Both the position numbers and the translations under genes were made by a program. The notes under the pieces were generated by a model that saw only the letters and a list, made by a program, of their open reading frames with translations, had not been told where the DNA came from and searched no databases. A stretch of 63,998 nt of DNA, filler included, from Folioceros fuciformis (taxonomy: Eukaryota), in assembly GCA_049999805.1 (NCBI GenBank). It is 4 parts of 4 records of this genome, joined end to end, with 100 filler letters (N's around TTAATTAATTAA, not from the genome) between each part and the next. Parts side by side here need not be neighbours in the genome. Positions count along the whole stretch, not along the records: positions 1 to 28,906 come from JBNGIO010004590.1; 3 more parts are not named here. One strand, given 5' to 3'. Shown here one piece after another: positions 1-11,807 of the stretch (its first letter is position 1; each line of letters begins with the position of its first letter).

Positions 1-2377
1 AGAGGTCACACTCTCACACAGAGTCTCACATTGCAAGGGAGCTCAAGGGGGTTTATATACCCTCTAGAAGAGATCCCTCGGAAGCTGCACAAGAAGAGCA
101 CAGGAAGCTGAGCGAGAAACTTCCTACAGATTAGCTTAAGCTAATCTAAACAATCTAAACAAATGATACTTAATTAGACACTAATCTTAGACTAAACACA
201 TTAGTCTAAGCACATTGGGCTTTAATAACCCTACAACCTCCTACGTAAAGGCCAATTTACCTTAATAGGAGAGTGGTTGACCTCATGCCCATGATTGTCC
301 GAGCTTGTGCGAATTGCTTCGTAGAGAGCCCCTTAGTAAAAACATATGTAGGGTTCTGACTGGTGTAAACTTTGACAAACTGTACCCTCTTGTCTTCCAA
401 CACCTCTTGAATGAAGTGATACTTCACTTCCACATGTTTGGTTTTTGAATGAAACACTAGATTCTTCGCCAACAGGATAGCACTCTTGCTATCACAATGC
501 AACACTGGCAGCTTAACCTTGATCCCCAAATCTCCTACTAACCGAGCAAGCCACATGGCTTCCTTGCAAGCCTCAGTCACTGCAACATCCTCGGCCTCTG
601 TGGTAGATAGCGTTATGCACGATTGCAAACGAGATCGATTTGAGACTACCCCTCCGGTGCACATGAAGACATAACCTATTGTGGACCTCCTTTTGTCCAT
701 ATCCCCTGCATAATCAGCATCCGTGTATCCCATGACAGATGCATCTTCACTTCCAAAACATAAGCACAAAGCTTTCGTACCATTTAAGTACCTCATAACT
801 CCTTCAATGTCTCCCAATGCTTCCTGCCAGGGTTTGACATATAAACCTGCTAACCACTCCCACTGCAAAGACAATGTCAGGACGTGTAGCAATCATTGCA
901 TACATCAAACTCCCTCCAGCTGATGAGTATAGAACCTTCTCCATTTCAGCTTTGTCCTCCGCAAAACTTGGGCAATCCTTGCTCGAAAGTTTGACATATG
1001 GAGGCAACGGAGTACTCAATACCTTTCTCTTCTCCATATTGAAACGTTGAAGCACCTTGTTAGTATATTCAGTCTGAGACAAGTAAAGCAAATGCTTTTG
1101 TATGTCTTGACGAATACACATGCCTAGAATATGGCTTGCCTGTCCTAAGTCTATCATGTCAAAGCGAGCATTCAACTTTGACTTCAACATTGAAATCTCA
1201 TCACTGCTATTCTCAGCAATTAGCATATCATCCACATAGAGGACCAGAAGGAGCAAGCTTCCATCCTTAGCTTGCTTCGTATAGAGGCAATAATCCTCCT
1301 CGCTACGTTTGTACAACCTTGAGAAAACATAAATGAGTGGAACTTGTAATACCACTCCCTAGGTGCCTACTTCAAACCATAAGGCTCTTCTTTAACTTGC
1401 ACACCAGATTCTCTTTGCCCTTCTCAATGAAACCCTCTGGTTGTTGCATGTATACCTCTTCTTGGAGATCACCATGTAGAAATGTCGACTTCACATCCAT
1501 CTAGACAAGTTCCATGTCTTTCCTCGCAACCAGAGCAAGAACACATCGCAAGGTGTTCATTTTGACAACTAGCGAGAAAATCTCATCTAAGTCAATACCT
1601 TACCGTTGCTTTAAACCCTTAGCAACCAATCAAGAGAACCTTTGGAGATTCTCCAAGAATGATCTCCAAACCAACATTGGTAGCCAACGTCATCCAACTG
1701 CCCTGCGCTAATCATGCTTTTTGTCAACTTCGGAACATGCCTAACATCCTTTAGTAGGAATGAAGATCCATTGTTAAACTTCAGCTGCACATCACCAACA
1801 CCAGCAATCTCGCATGCATAGTTATTTCCAAGCTGAACACATCCTTTCCTAGTAGCATCATAGGTGCTAAACCACTCCCTATGCGGAGTAACATGGAAAG
1901 ATGCTCCAGAGTCAATTATCCAATTAGAGAATAAGTACTCTCCACGGTTGACTCCCTGGCCGAACTGCCTTGCACGGCGGGGTTGGAGACCCTTGCACCC
2001 TAAGATGCCGCACACGGACTCACTTCAGTGCCCTCCTCATGGAGCACCTGCAACCATCACCTAGAGCCAACACCGTCTTGCTCCACACCCGCTCTGATAC
2101 CAATTGAAGGATTGCTAGAGGAGCCACATGGTGAAGGAGGAGAGGAGAAAGAGAGGTCATACTCTCACACAAAGTCTCACATTGCAAGGGAGCTCAAGGG
2201 GGTTTATATACCCTCTAGAAGAGCTCCCTAAGAAGCTTCATAAGAAGCGCATAGGAAGCTACGCAAGAAGCTTCCTACGTATTAGCTTAAGGTAATCTGA
2301 ACAAATGATACTTAATTAGACACTAATTTTAGACTAAACACATTAGTCTAAGCACATTGGGCTTTAATGACCCTACA
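1..2377 (-). mobile_element. Ty1/copia LTR retrotransposon, internally deleted and degenerate (protease + RT + RNase H; gag and integrase missing)
   Basis: Homologous LTRs at <1-235 and 2105-2377 (ends TGAAGG...CCTACA). tRNA-iMet PBS (TGGTATCAGAGC on minus) at 2091-2102 and purine tract at ~236-244. ORF pieces carry WIIDSGASFH (protease), LYVDDML (RT) and YTDADYAGD...TKHVEVKYHFI (RNase H), with frameshifts and stops. Confidence 0.92.
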
Positions 2378-3219
2378 ACAGGCAGATATGGGTAATAAAA
2401 AAGCTGAGTATAACATTTAGATGAGACCTTTGGATCGCGTACGATAACGCCTTCATGTAAGGCTAGGAGGTTGTCAACCCTTACACCAATGCGTGGTAGT
2501 TTGTTACTATCAAAGAAGTGCGAATCCACCTTAGGAACCTCCACCACCCGGCCAATAATCCCCAAGATCTTGCGGATCATTATGATGAGTTGCACAGGCA
2601 AGGCTGGAAGACCCACCCATAGAAAATGCCGCTTGATTTTAGATTGCATGATTGTATTCCCAGGAGACCAGGCCTCCACCAACATAGGGAAAGATCCTTG
2701 GAATGACAGCGTTGTTTGTAAGATTGCCTGAGCTCTAGCTGCCTTGTCGCACTTAATCTGGAAAGAACCATTGGCTTTCAGGAAAACATATGCTGGAGGG
2801 CAGCCCGTTACTTGAGCCACCCAATCCTCCAGCTCCCCCACGGTAGGAGGATCTCCGGACAGAAGCCGCCCCACTATAGAGCTGGCAGCAAGTTTATCCT
2901 CCTCCTTTTGAAAGTATCTCGCTTCGATGAGAACATCTGCCAGAGGACCTAGCTGAAGACCTATACCCTCTTTTGCCGAACCCGAGGCATATTCTTGAGG
3001 AGGGTCTGCTTGTGCATGTTCATGAGCATAATCCACCTCAGGTGTCCGTACCTGCGAGTCTTTCTCTGACTCAACTTTTGTCCGGCTAGCGTCAAAAGGA
3101 TTAGAATCTGTCACCACCGCGTTTAGCCCCCGCAAAATCTGTTTATTAGAGCACATACCGACCACTGCCGCCCATGTGACAACTGTTGAGCCCCCCCGTG
3201 GGTTGCTTATCGCTTCCAT
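2378..3219 (-). mobile_element. L1-type LINE ORF1-like coding region (DUF4283-like), interrupted at its 3' end by the copia insertion
   Basis: ATG at 3219. The segment VEAWSPG...LWVGLPALPVQL...ILGIIGRVVEV...PRIGVRVD resembles plant L1 ORF1. The frame runs into the copia LTR at 2377. Confidence 0.6.
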
Positions 3220-3710
3220 TGAGCGCCCAAGCTAAGCCCTTGGCGGCACCACCTTCATCGCCCGTCTCGTCGAAGTTTAGTCCTTCCTACTAGCTTCTTG
3301 TAGCCTCCTGCATGCAACTCCTCCAAATCCCTATTAGCCATTCTAATTTTCCATTTAGCCTCTTGTATATTCTCTCTTCTCAACTCCATAGCATATGTCA
3401 TGCAAAAATGTATTAGAGTAGGCCGGGCTCTTGAATCAATCAATACTTTCCCCAATGTAAAACCATCTATAAAAAAGTCATGCTTATTATTATCTTATTA
3501 AAATGCACTTTTTTTTTTGAAATTAGGTATTGTTAGGGTTGTGATTTCTTTGGTGCAATAAGGTTCATGTAGTTTAATATGGTCTATGTGATAAAGAAAG
3601 AAAAATTATTTTCACTTTGCAAAAAGAATAGCCGAAACAAAAATTGACTGAAAATCTTGGAAATTCATGTGGTCGTTTGCTAAGGAAGCACACCGGTTCG
3701 ATGAGGCTTT

Positions 3711-3869
3711 ACATGCTCCTTTGCCTAAAGAAGCACACTGAATGACTTCAATGAGGCTTAACATGCTCCTTTGCCTAAAGAAGCACACTGAATGACTTGG
3801 CCTACTCCTTGGCTTGGAGAAGCACACTCAACAGCTTGACATACTCCTTTGCTTGAAGAAGCACACTGG
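3711..3869. repeat. Degenerate tandem repeat (core TGCTCCTTTGCCTAAAGAAGCACACTG), about 4 copies
   Basis: Core visible at ~3714, 3764, 3803 and 3843. Confidence 0.7.
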
Positions 3870-4360
3870 AAGGATAAGGCTATCAACAAGCTATTGCAGC
3901 CATATTACGAGGCAAGCACAGATCAGGAGAAGGCTGCAAGGAGCTTATACTTAAGGCTATTGGTCATTATGGATCCGCTGCGGCTGCCACCTGAAAACAA
4001 GAGATTTATTGAGAAAACAGCCAATTCAGCCTTACTACGTTTCCAAGTACGCATTTGATTCATCCGCCCCGTCTATGCTGCTAAACCTACTAGTCTAAAA
4101 CCCCGCTGTACGTAAATGTTTGTACCATGTTGAGTAAAGATGTACAAGGTCGATGCAAATCTAAGGATGACGCGTCGCCCGTCGGTAAATATTGGAGAGT
4201 TGGTAACGCAAGGAAATCTCTCGACCTAGTTCAAAATAAATAGTGTGTGAGGCATAAAAGCCCCGGGGTTCGGTGGCGGTGTAGTTTTCCGCTTCTTGTC
4301 CTTCGCGCTTACTTGCGTTTGGTGGTCGCTCGCCCTCTTCTCTGCTTCCGCTCGATCACC

Positions 4361-5648
4361 ATGGCGTTCGTGGGCACGCAACAGAAGTGCAAGGCTTGCG
4401 AGAAAACTGTGTATCTTGTAGATCAGCTGACAGCCGACGGAGTCCTGTATCACAAGTCCTGTTTCAGATGCTATCATTGTAAAGGGACGCTCAAGGTAAG
4501 AGCTGCTATCAGATCTGTTCCTTGGGGCATCGGCCGTTGCCATGCTGGTCACTTTAAGTGCGCACTGCCTTTTGAACTGACTACGTTGCTTGTATTCTTT
4601 AAAGCTTGGAAACTATGCTTCGCTCGAAGGAGTATTATACTGCAAGCCTCATTTTGATCAGCTTTTCAAACTCACTGGAAGCTACGAGAAAAGCTTTGAG
4701 TTTTCCAAACCTGGAGCGGGATCTGAAAGTAGGGCGTCGNNNNNNNNNNNNNNNNNNNNNNNNNNNNNNNNNNNNNNNNNNNNNNNNNNNNNNNNNNNNN
4801 NNNNNNNNNNNNNNNNNNNNNNNNNNNNNNNNNNNNNNNTCATCGAGTTGCCTGCCACTAAGATTTGCGGGTGATGGTCTGTTGATGGTTTTGCAGGTGG
4901 GTCTTTGAAATCTGCTGCGAAGTCTCTTGAGAGTGACGCTGTGATTTTCTCTCCTCCACACACCTGCCTCTCCCTGCAAAGATTGAAGGGTGCATGATTT
5001 GTCGTTCATGTTCGTTGTTTGTTGCTTTGCTAACTCGAAGGTTTCCAGTAGTTTATTTTTCCGGAAGGAAGCATGGCCAGCTGATATTTTTGGTTTTTTG
5101 TGTTCATTGTTGGGCTATCGCTGCTTCACGTCAACGAAATCACCTGCTTCACAGCGTTTTGGACTCTAACAGCCTCGTATGGATTGTTGTCTTCACCTTG
5201 TTTGTAGAGCAAGGCTCCATCAAAGGCTGCACTTTTGTTCTCTGGCACCCAGGATAAATGTGTGTCCTGTGGAAAAACTGTGTATCCCCTGGAGAAGGTA
5301 GGCTCTTCTGCGTGCCCGTGGCATTGTGGAGTGGGATCAGCGTCACGTAGTTTTTGGACGTCCTGTTACATGGCCTGTAGAATGTTTCCTTTGGCTTCTG
5401 TGAATGTCTGCAGGTTCGCGTTAACCTGCTGGTTGTGACAGGTCAGTGTGGAAGGATTGTCTTATCACAAATCCTGTTTCAAATGCTCGCATGGAGGTTG
5501 TGTAATCAGTCCTTCCAACTATGCCGCCCTGGAAGGGAGGCTGTACTGCAAGCACCACTATTCTCAGCTTTTCAAAGAGAAGGGGAACTACAGCAAGCTG
5601 GTGAAAACCCCACCTCTGAAGGCCGGTGTGGCCGGGCCAGATGGTTAA
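4361..5648 (+). CDS. WLIM: Plant two-LIM domain protein (WLIM-type actin-bundling protein), spliced; an assembly gap lies inside
   Basis: Exons 4361-4495 ([27 protein letters not shown]...CKGTLK), 4605-~4738 ([22 protein letters not shown]), 5208-5297 ([20 protein letters not shown]) and 5442-5648 ([13 protein letters not shown]...YCKHH). Visible junctions are GT-AG. Confidence 0.93.
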
Positions 5649-7199
5649 GCGCTTCGTCCCCCGCGGGCCGCGCATCTCCAAGTGTCATCGTGCATCGGTG
5701 GTTTGCTTGTAGGGAGGCTCTGATTGGTGCCGGAAGGATTGTGAGCTTTATGTGTAACACAGTGGTCGGTCCTAGCCTCGGCTCCTTTCTTGAGCTGCTT
5801 GGTGTTTCCCTGGACTTCCTGCCACCTACCTTGGTACACATCTCATACGATTCAGTTCGGACCACCAGAATATGTCTGTTGTGTTTGTTCAATTACTAAT
5901 ACTAGCCCGAATGGCCCACGATTAAGACCTACTGCATCTCTGTCTTGACACTCACCTACACAAAGAGAATCTGGCGTACAAGAGAAAAAGGTGTTCGAGC
6001 GAGTAGACAAACGGACGCTATGGTGGCTCAAGCTTTCATATGGTTCCCCGATGTGGCTGCTTTTCTTCTGGATGATCCTCAAACTTGCCTGGCCTCCACT
6101 AATTCCTTATCGTCGTATATAATCCATCTACCATGACAGATGCTCTTCCTTGAGGAGCGAGCAGGAAGGAGTTGCTGTAGATGTCCCTTCAGGCTTGCCA
6201 TGTATGATTAAAGCCATGATACTTATTTTGCTTTCCTCTCCGGTCTCCCGCAAACATGTGTAGGGGATCGGCTTGCCTCTTCCGGTCTTCCATAAACCTG
6301 CCTAATATTCTGGACTATCTAACACTCGAGATCAGTCTTTGCATACCCCTCGGGACGAAGCTGCCAACTCCTCCTCAGACTAGTACAAGTTCGCAGAACA
6401 CTCCTCAATTAGAGCCGAATGTGAGTGACCGTCCCAATGTTCCATAACCAGTCAGCTGAAAATGCTTAGCCCAGGGTCGAAAGTCTGTCAAGTCCTGGGG
6501 GACAACTGCCCTTAACAACACATAAGATAGGCATTTTTAGGGCATATGCTCCAGTTGCTGCCGGGCCCTGATTCCTAGTCTTGGGTCTCTCTCTGATAGG
6601 TGTCTTGGTTATAAAACCAGCCTTATCCTTGCTGGGGGCATCTTCCTGCCTAATAGCCTACCACGCATGGTCGCCTTCACTATGCTGGCCACGTTTTCAC
6701 TCCGAGGTCCGCAAGGAGAATGCTACACCATTAGCCTGGTGTTGCCCCTCTTTAATTCACGTACTGCCGTAGGTCATCTGCAGCTAGAGGAATTTTAACT
6801 GCCCTAACTCCTGAAAGTTACCCGAGCTTGTATCTCACACCGCAAGTTGATTGACATCCAAATCAGCTCCTGAACCCTTTTCTATCTCCAATTCCACAGA
6901 AAGGAAGAAACCCAAGTATCTAGTGTTTTTGCCTCTTCTGACGCCTGTGGGAAGACGGTACTTCCTGTTTCCTCACAGCACTCCGCTTGGCTGTCCTGCT
7001 TTCCTCAGCCCTTCCATAACTCCAGTAACCCCTGAAAATCCTTGGTTATTCGTTTCCTTTCCGCACCCCAGAGCTAGGCAACCTTTCAGGATTTAATTCC
7101 AGCAACGTCTCCTTGATAATTTCTCGCCGCAGCACGCTTGCTACACTCCCAGTTCGAGTTAGTCTCCACGGAGACTAGTGGCCCCCTAGAAAATACGAG

Positions 7200-8930
7200 T
7201 CACTTCATATCTCCAGCCAATTTGAGTTGCTGCCCACCAACTTCTCTCTCCCTCGGCACCTCAAAGGTTTCTTGCACCAATTGGTCACAAACGTCTTCTT
7301 GGTGTTCATCTCTCGTTGCAGCCGTGGGTGGAAGCCTCGTCCTCTTCCACGTCCACGAAATCCTCGTCTTCCCCTTGAGGTAAACACTCTTGCATTGTTG
7401 GACGTAGAGCCCTTTACTTTGTGAAAGTTCCTCGTGCGCTCTTCTGAGAGCACCGATAACCTCCTCAAGGGTTACCTTAGGTTGCTGACTAATCACAGCT
7501 GCTTGTACCGCACTATGTATTGTGGTATTTTGACTGACTACAAGGTGCTCATAACTATCTAGGAGAGCAGCCAGGAGACCTAGGGGTGAAGACCGGTGTG
7601 GCTGCAGAATGTTGATGACGATACTCTTGTGTCGGAAAGGTAATCTCCGTTCGTAGCACGGATTTGCAATCTAGACAAGAAATCCGCCTTCAACTGGCAC
7701 TGGTTGGACGCATAATTGATACTTGTACCTTTTTCAGGCGTGTGCAATAAGCAAGATTAGCACGTCAAGTTCTAAACTTCCTAATGTAAGCCAAGATTAG
7801 GACGTCAAGTTCTACACTTCTTGATGTAAGCCTCGACGGCTCATTGTCTCACATCCTCAAGTTGAAAAATTCTATGTGCGTATGCACTAGAGACACATAA
7901 CTCTTATCCTGATATATGGAGTAGAATACTTTCCACACATATGCAGAAGTGTAGCATCTATGGTGTGTGGCATCACATTTCTATCTAAGGCAGTTATGAC
8001 AATAGAACAAGCACGCCTATTCTTCTGCTCCCAAGCTAGGATTTCGTTTGCCGATTTTGAAGGTACTGTCACCTTGGATTTTGCTCCTCCCAAGCTAGGA
8101 TTTCGTTTGCCGATCTTGAAGGTACAGTCACCTTGGATTTTGCTCCTCCCAAGCTAGGATTTCGTTTGCCGATCTTGAAGGTACTGTCACCTTGGATTTT
8201 GTGTATCTACGATGAACATTCTACATTAGCTCATTCTCCTCAAATATTTAAGTTAACCTTATGGCCCAAATGTTATAATCCATGCCATTAAACCTGTTCT
8301 TATCCCTGAATTCAATCTGTGAGAAACTTCAGGAGCTGCACATGGGTTTCCAGACATTGTAGCAGGAGTAAAGATTCTGTTGAGGCCTATTCGATGTTGG
8401 TGTTGTCTCTTCAAACCTAATAGGTTGAAATCTCACTCTGAATTAGTAGAGGGTTCAGCAAATAGAAATGCAATATCATAAGAGTTATCTTCTGTATTTG
8501 AACTATTTGACATGAACAAAGAGGCATATTACAACATGATGTGAGGCACTAGGTAACATTTTTTAGAAGAATTGACAGTACGGGAAATCCTTCGAGGAAT
8601 GGTCTTCACAATGAAGATGAAGTATCTTGATGTTGTCCGTCTACTACTCAATGAATTCTTGCACTCTCATTTGTGTCTGTAATACAACAAGTTTCTTGTG
8701 TAGGGTTGCAATCTCAGATGCACTTGCACACCCTAAAGTTGTAGGTAGGGTTTAGGGTGTGGACGGTAGTTATCCTTCGTCGCATGGGTGAAAACCGGTG
8801 TGGTTGCAGAATGTTGATGACGACGCTCTTGTGTCAGAAAGGTAATCTCCGTTCGTAGCACGGATTTGCAATCTAGATAAGAAATCCGCCTTGAATTGGC
8901 ACTAGTTGGACACGTAATTGATTTGAAGAA
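7200..8930 (-). mobile_element. Highly degraded copia-like gag remnant with a duplicated LTR-like segment
   Basis: Gag-like fragments (AWEQKNRRACSIVITAL; VTLEEVIGALRRAHEE; RG-rich stretch). A ~140-bp block at ~7590-7720 recurs at ~8790-8920. Confidence 0.5.
8031..8201. repeat. 59-bp tandem repeat, about 3 copies
   Basis: CCAAGCTAGGATTTCGTTTGCCGAT... starts at 8031, 8090 and 8149. Confidence 0.9.
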
Positions 8931-10563
8931 AGATCTCATAGTTGATGTAGAAAATATGCCTCTTCGCATCTTGACTTTGCAATTGTAAAGGTAAAGTAAA
9001 TTAAGTGCATGGTCGCCCAAACTTGGAACATGGCTCTAATAACATAAAAGCAATTAGGATCGACATAGTGACGTTGTTGCCTAAACACAAGAAGGAAACG
9101 CACAGGGAAGCCATGAGGGAAAAGCATGCATTGATTAGTAGGAAGACATGTCTTGTACAAAAAAACCCATGGGTATTAAACTATCTTAATTGAAGCATGC
9201 AAACTACCTCACCCGGAAAAAGGTCGTTACCAAACTTTTCTAAGCTATTTCTAATAGTAGGAACTATTTGAGGTTTAATCCAAATGTAATCCAATTTGTC
9301 ACAAACTTTCAAGTGTTATGCCTCAAGCTTTCAACAAGACACAAACCATGACACATGGGGATATAGGCAATCCACTTCTTGGTCCTCATGGTTTTGAGAG
9401 GTCCTTCGTCCTTGGTCATCGAGGTTTTGAGAGTTCCTTAGCTCCTTAGTCCTCAAGGTATTGGGAGTTCCTTAGCTGTGTCCTTAACTCAGGTTTTTTT
9501 CAGGGTCCCTTCTATAAGGTTATGTGGCTCTTAGGGTCCTCTACAAGAACACTTTCTTGGCCCTTAGTGCTTCTCTTAAGTTTCCTTGGCCTTTGAAGTC
9601 CTTTTGGGCACAATCTCCTTGGTCTTTGGTGTTTGAATTGAGCAACTTATAGCTAGAAAGGGATGGTGAGTGAGGACTTAAAAAGGAGGCCAAACTAGAG
9701 GGTGTGACAGGGCATGCAGCAAGGGAGGAGGACCAAGGGAGCAAGTCCCTACCTTCATGTGCTTCCAAGGGAAATTGTGCTTTGAGGACTTGTACAAGTT
9801 CCAACCTTGTGTGTGAGAAGACAATATAGAAGACCTTAGTCTTTTCCACACTAGGACTCATTGAGAAGTGCTACCACAATTTATAGCGGACGAATAAGGC
9901 CTCCCTCATCGATCTTGTTGTTAGACTATTCAAAGCATTTGCCAAGTTTACGAAAGGCTAGAAGATGAAAGTGATGGGCTTAGCTTAATGAACACAACCA
10001 GGGATAAGAGGTTGTCATGATCTGGAAAGTCATTAGAGGTTACGTCCAGCTAAACTTATTGCACGGGTAAACATTTTACAATTTGACATGCAATGAGAAA
10101 AGAACACAAGTTTAGGACGAAATCAATGCGTTAAAAGTGATTAATTGATGTAAAAGCAAAAAGTTACGACAGGGGAATAGTTTCCCAGCAAACAATTATT
10201 TTGGAGCTTAACATTGCGGATAGTTGGTATAGATCTAAAAGGCTAGTGTGGGCAGTTGAAAATGGTTAGGTAGATGCTATATAGTTGCCTATAGGAGGGG
10301 TTAGCTAGTTGCTATATAGTTGCCTATAGGAGGTAGATAGGCTTTTTTTTATAGTTCATTGATAAAGAGCTTTGTGAGAGAAAACAAGACAATTGAGCAT
10401 AGATTTGCAAGATATTGACTGTTTGCAAAGTTAATGATGAATTGTACATTTGAATCAAAGCCCTTGTGTCATGAAATTGCATCAAGATGTTTCCATACTT
10501 GTAAAGATATTGCAATGGTGTGGTACAAGATGTAGTGAAACTGACGTTATGAAACTTGTCAAG

Positions 10564-11663
10564 TGATGACTCTAGAATGCATGTGTTTTCCCACTCATAC
10601 TAATGGAGAAGGGACAACATAAGTTTTGTTCCCTTTTTCAATCTGTGTGAGGTACCAAAGAGTGGAATGATGACTAGTAGCCTTGGTGTGTATGACGGGA
10701 AGAAGAGCCTAAGGGAAGGCATCATGAACTACAAGATGTGTTTTTCCACTCATAATGAGGGAGAAGGGACAACAAAAGTTTGGTTCCCTTTGTCGATCTC
10801 GTGTGAAGTGACCCATCAAAGAGTGGAATAATGATTGGTAGCCTTGGCATGTGTGATGGGAGGAAGTGCCCAAGCAGAGGCATCATGAACTACAATATGT
10901 GTTTTCCACTCTTATTAAGGGAGAAGGGACAACAGAAGCTCTATTCCCTCGTGGATCTTGTGTGAAGTGAGCCACCGAAGAGTGAAAAGATAACCATTAG
11001 CCTTAGTGCATATGGTGCATAGGAGAAATTGCCCAAGGAAGCATCATTTATGCACTATCATAAGAATATTCGCCTATATCAATATAGGGGCTGGCCAGGG
11101 GCTAGCCACGCCATATACATGTAGTATATATATATATATAAACATAAATGAGAGAGATGTGTCGTGCTTCAAGAGATATTGCCTTTCAACCTCTGAATCT
11201 CTTCAGTCCTTAAGACCGTCTAAACTTAGCGCGTATTTATATATATTTATATCTATATTCGTCTGTATATGGGGTGGCCAGTCCCTATATTGATATTGAT
11301 ATACGCGTATATTCTTGCAATAGTGCACACACTATGCCTCTCCTTGGGTGCTTCCTCCCCATTGTATATGTCAAGGCTACTGGTCATCTTTCCACTCTTT
11401 GGTGGCTCACTTCAGACGAGATTGACGAAGGGAACGGCTTGCCTATCTCTTCTCTCTTAATATAAGTGGTTGATCACATCTCATCATACATGATGCCTTC
11501 TCTTATGTGCTGCCTTCCCGTTCGTTGTACACACCAAGGCTACTGGTCATCTTTTCACTGTTTGGTGGTCTAGTTCACATAAGATCGGTGAGGAAAACAA
11601 CTTGCTTGTCTCTTCTTTCTTGATATGAGTGAGACAAAATATATACACACTCTAGGGTCATCA
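10564..11663 (-). repeat. 3' LTR (1100 bp) of a PHD-gypsy element; whole-length imperfect palindrome with ~160-bp subrepeats
   Basis: Ends TGATGACTCTAGA...TCTAGGGTCATCA. Preceded directly on the minus strand by the PPT AAAGGGGGGAGA (11664-11675). Three direct units (~10581, 10736, 10897) face two inverted units (~11335-11640). Confidence 0.75.
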
Positions 11664-11807
11664 TCTCCCCCCTTTAATCAGCTGCCCAACTCTCGTTGGC
11701 AACTCAAATTCAGAAAGACCTGCACAAAAGTCATTACTCACCACTATTCTAGATCTACATTGTCCATCAAATCATCTACTTTCATAACGTATCAATCACC
11801 ACACATA

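Noticed and set aside
3255-3455. 66-aa ORF upstream of the LINE ORF1
   Set aside because: Too short and without a diagnostic motif. It may be retroelement debris but cannot be assigned.
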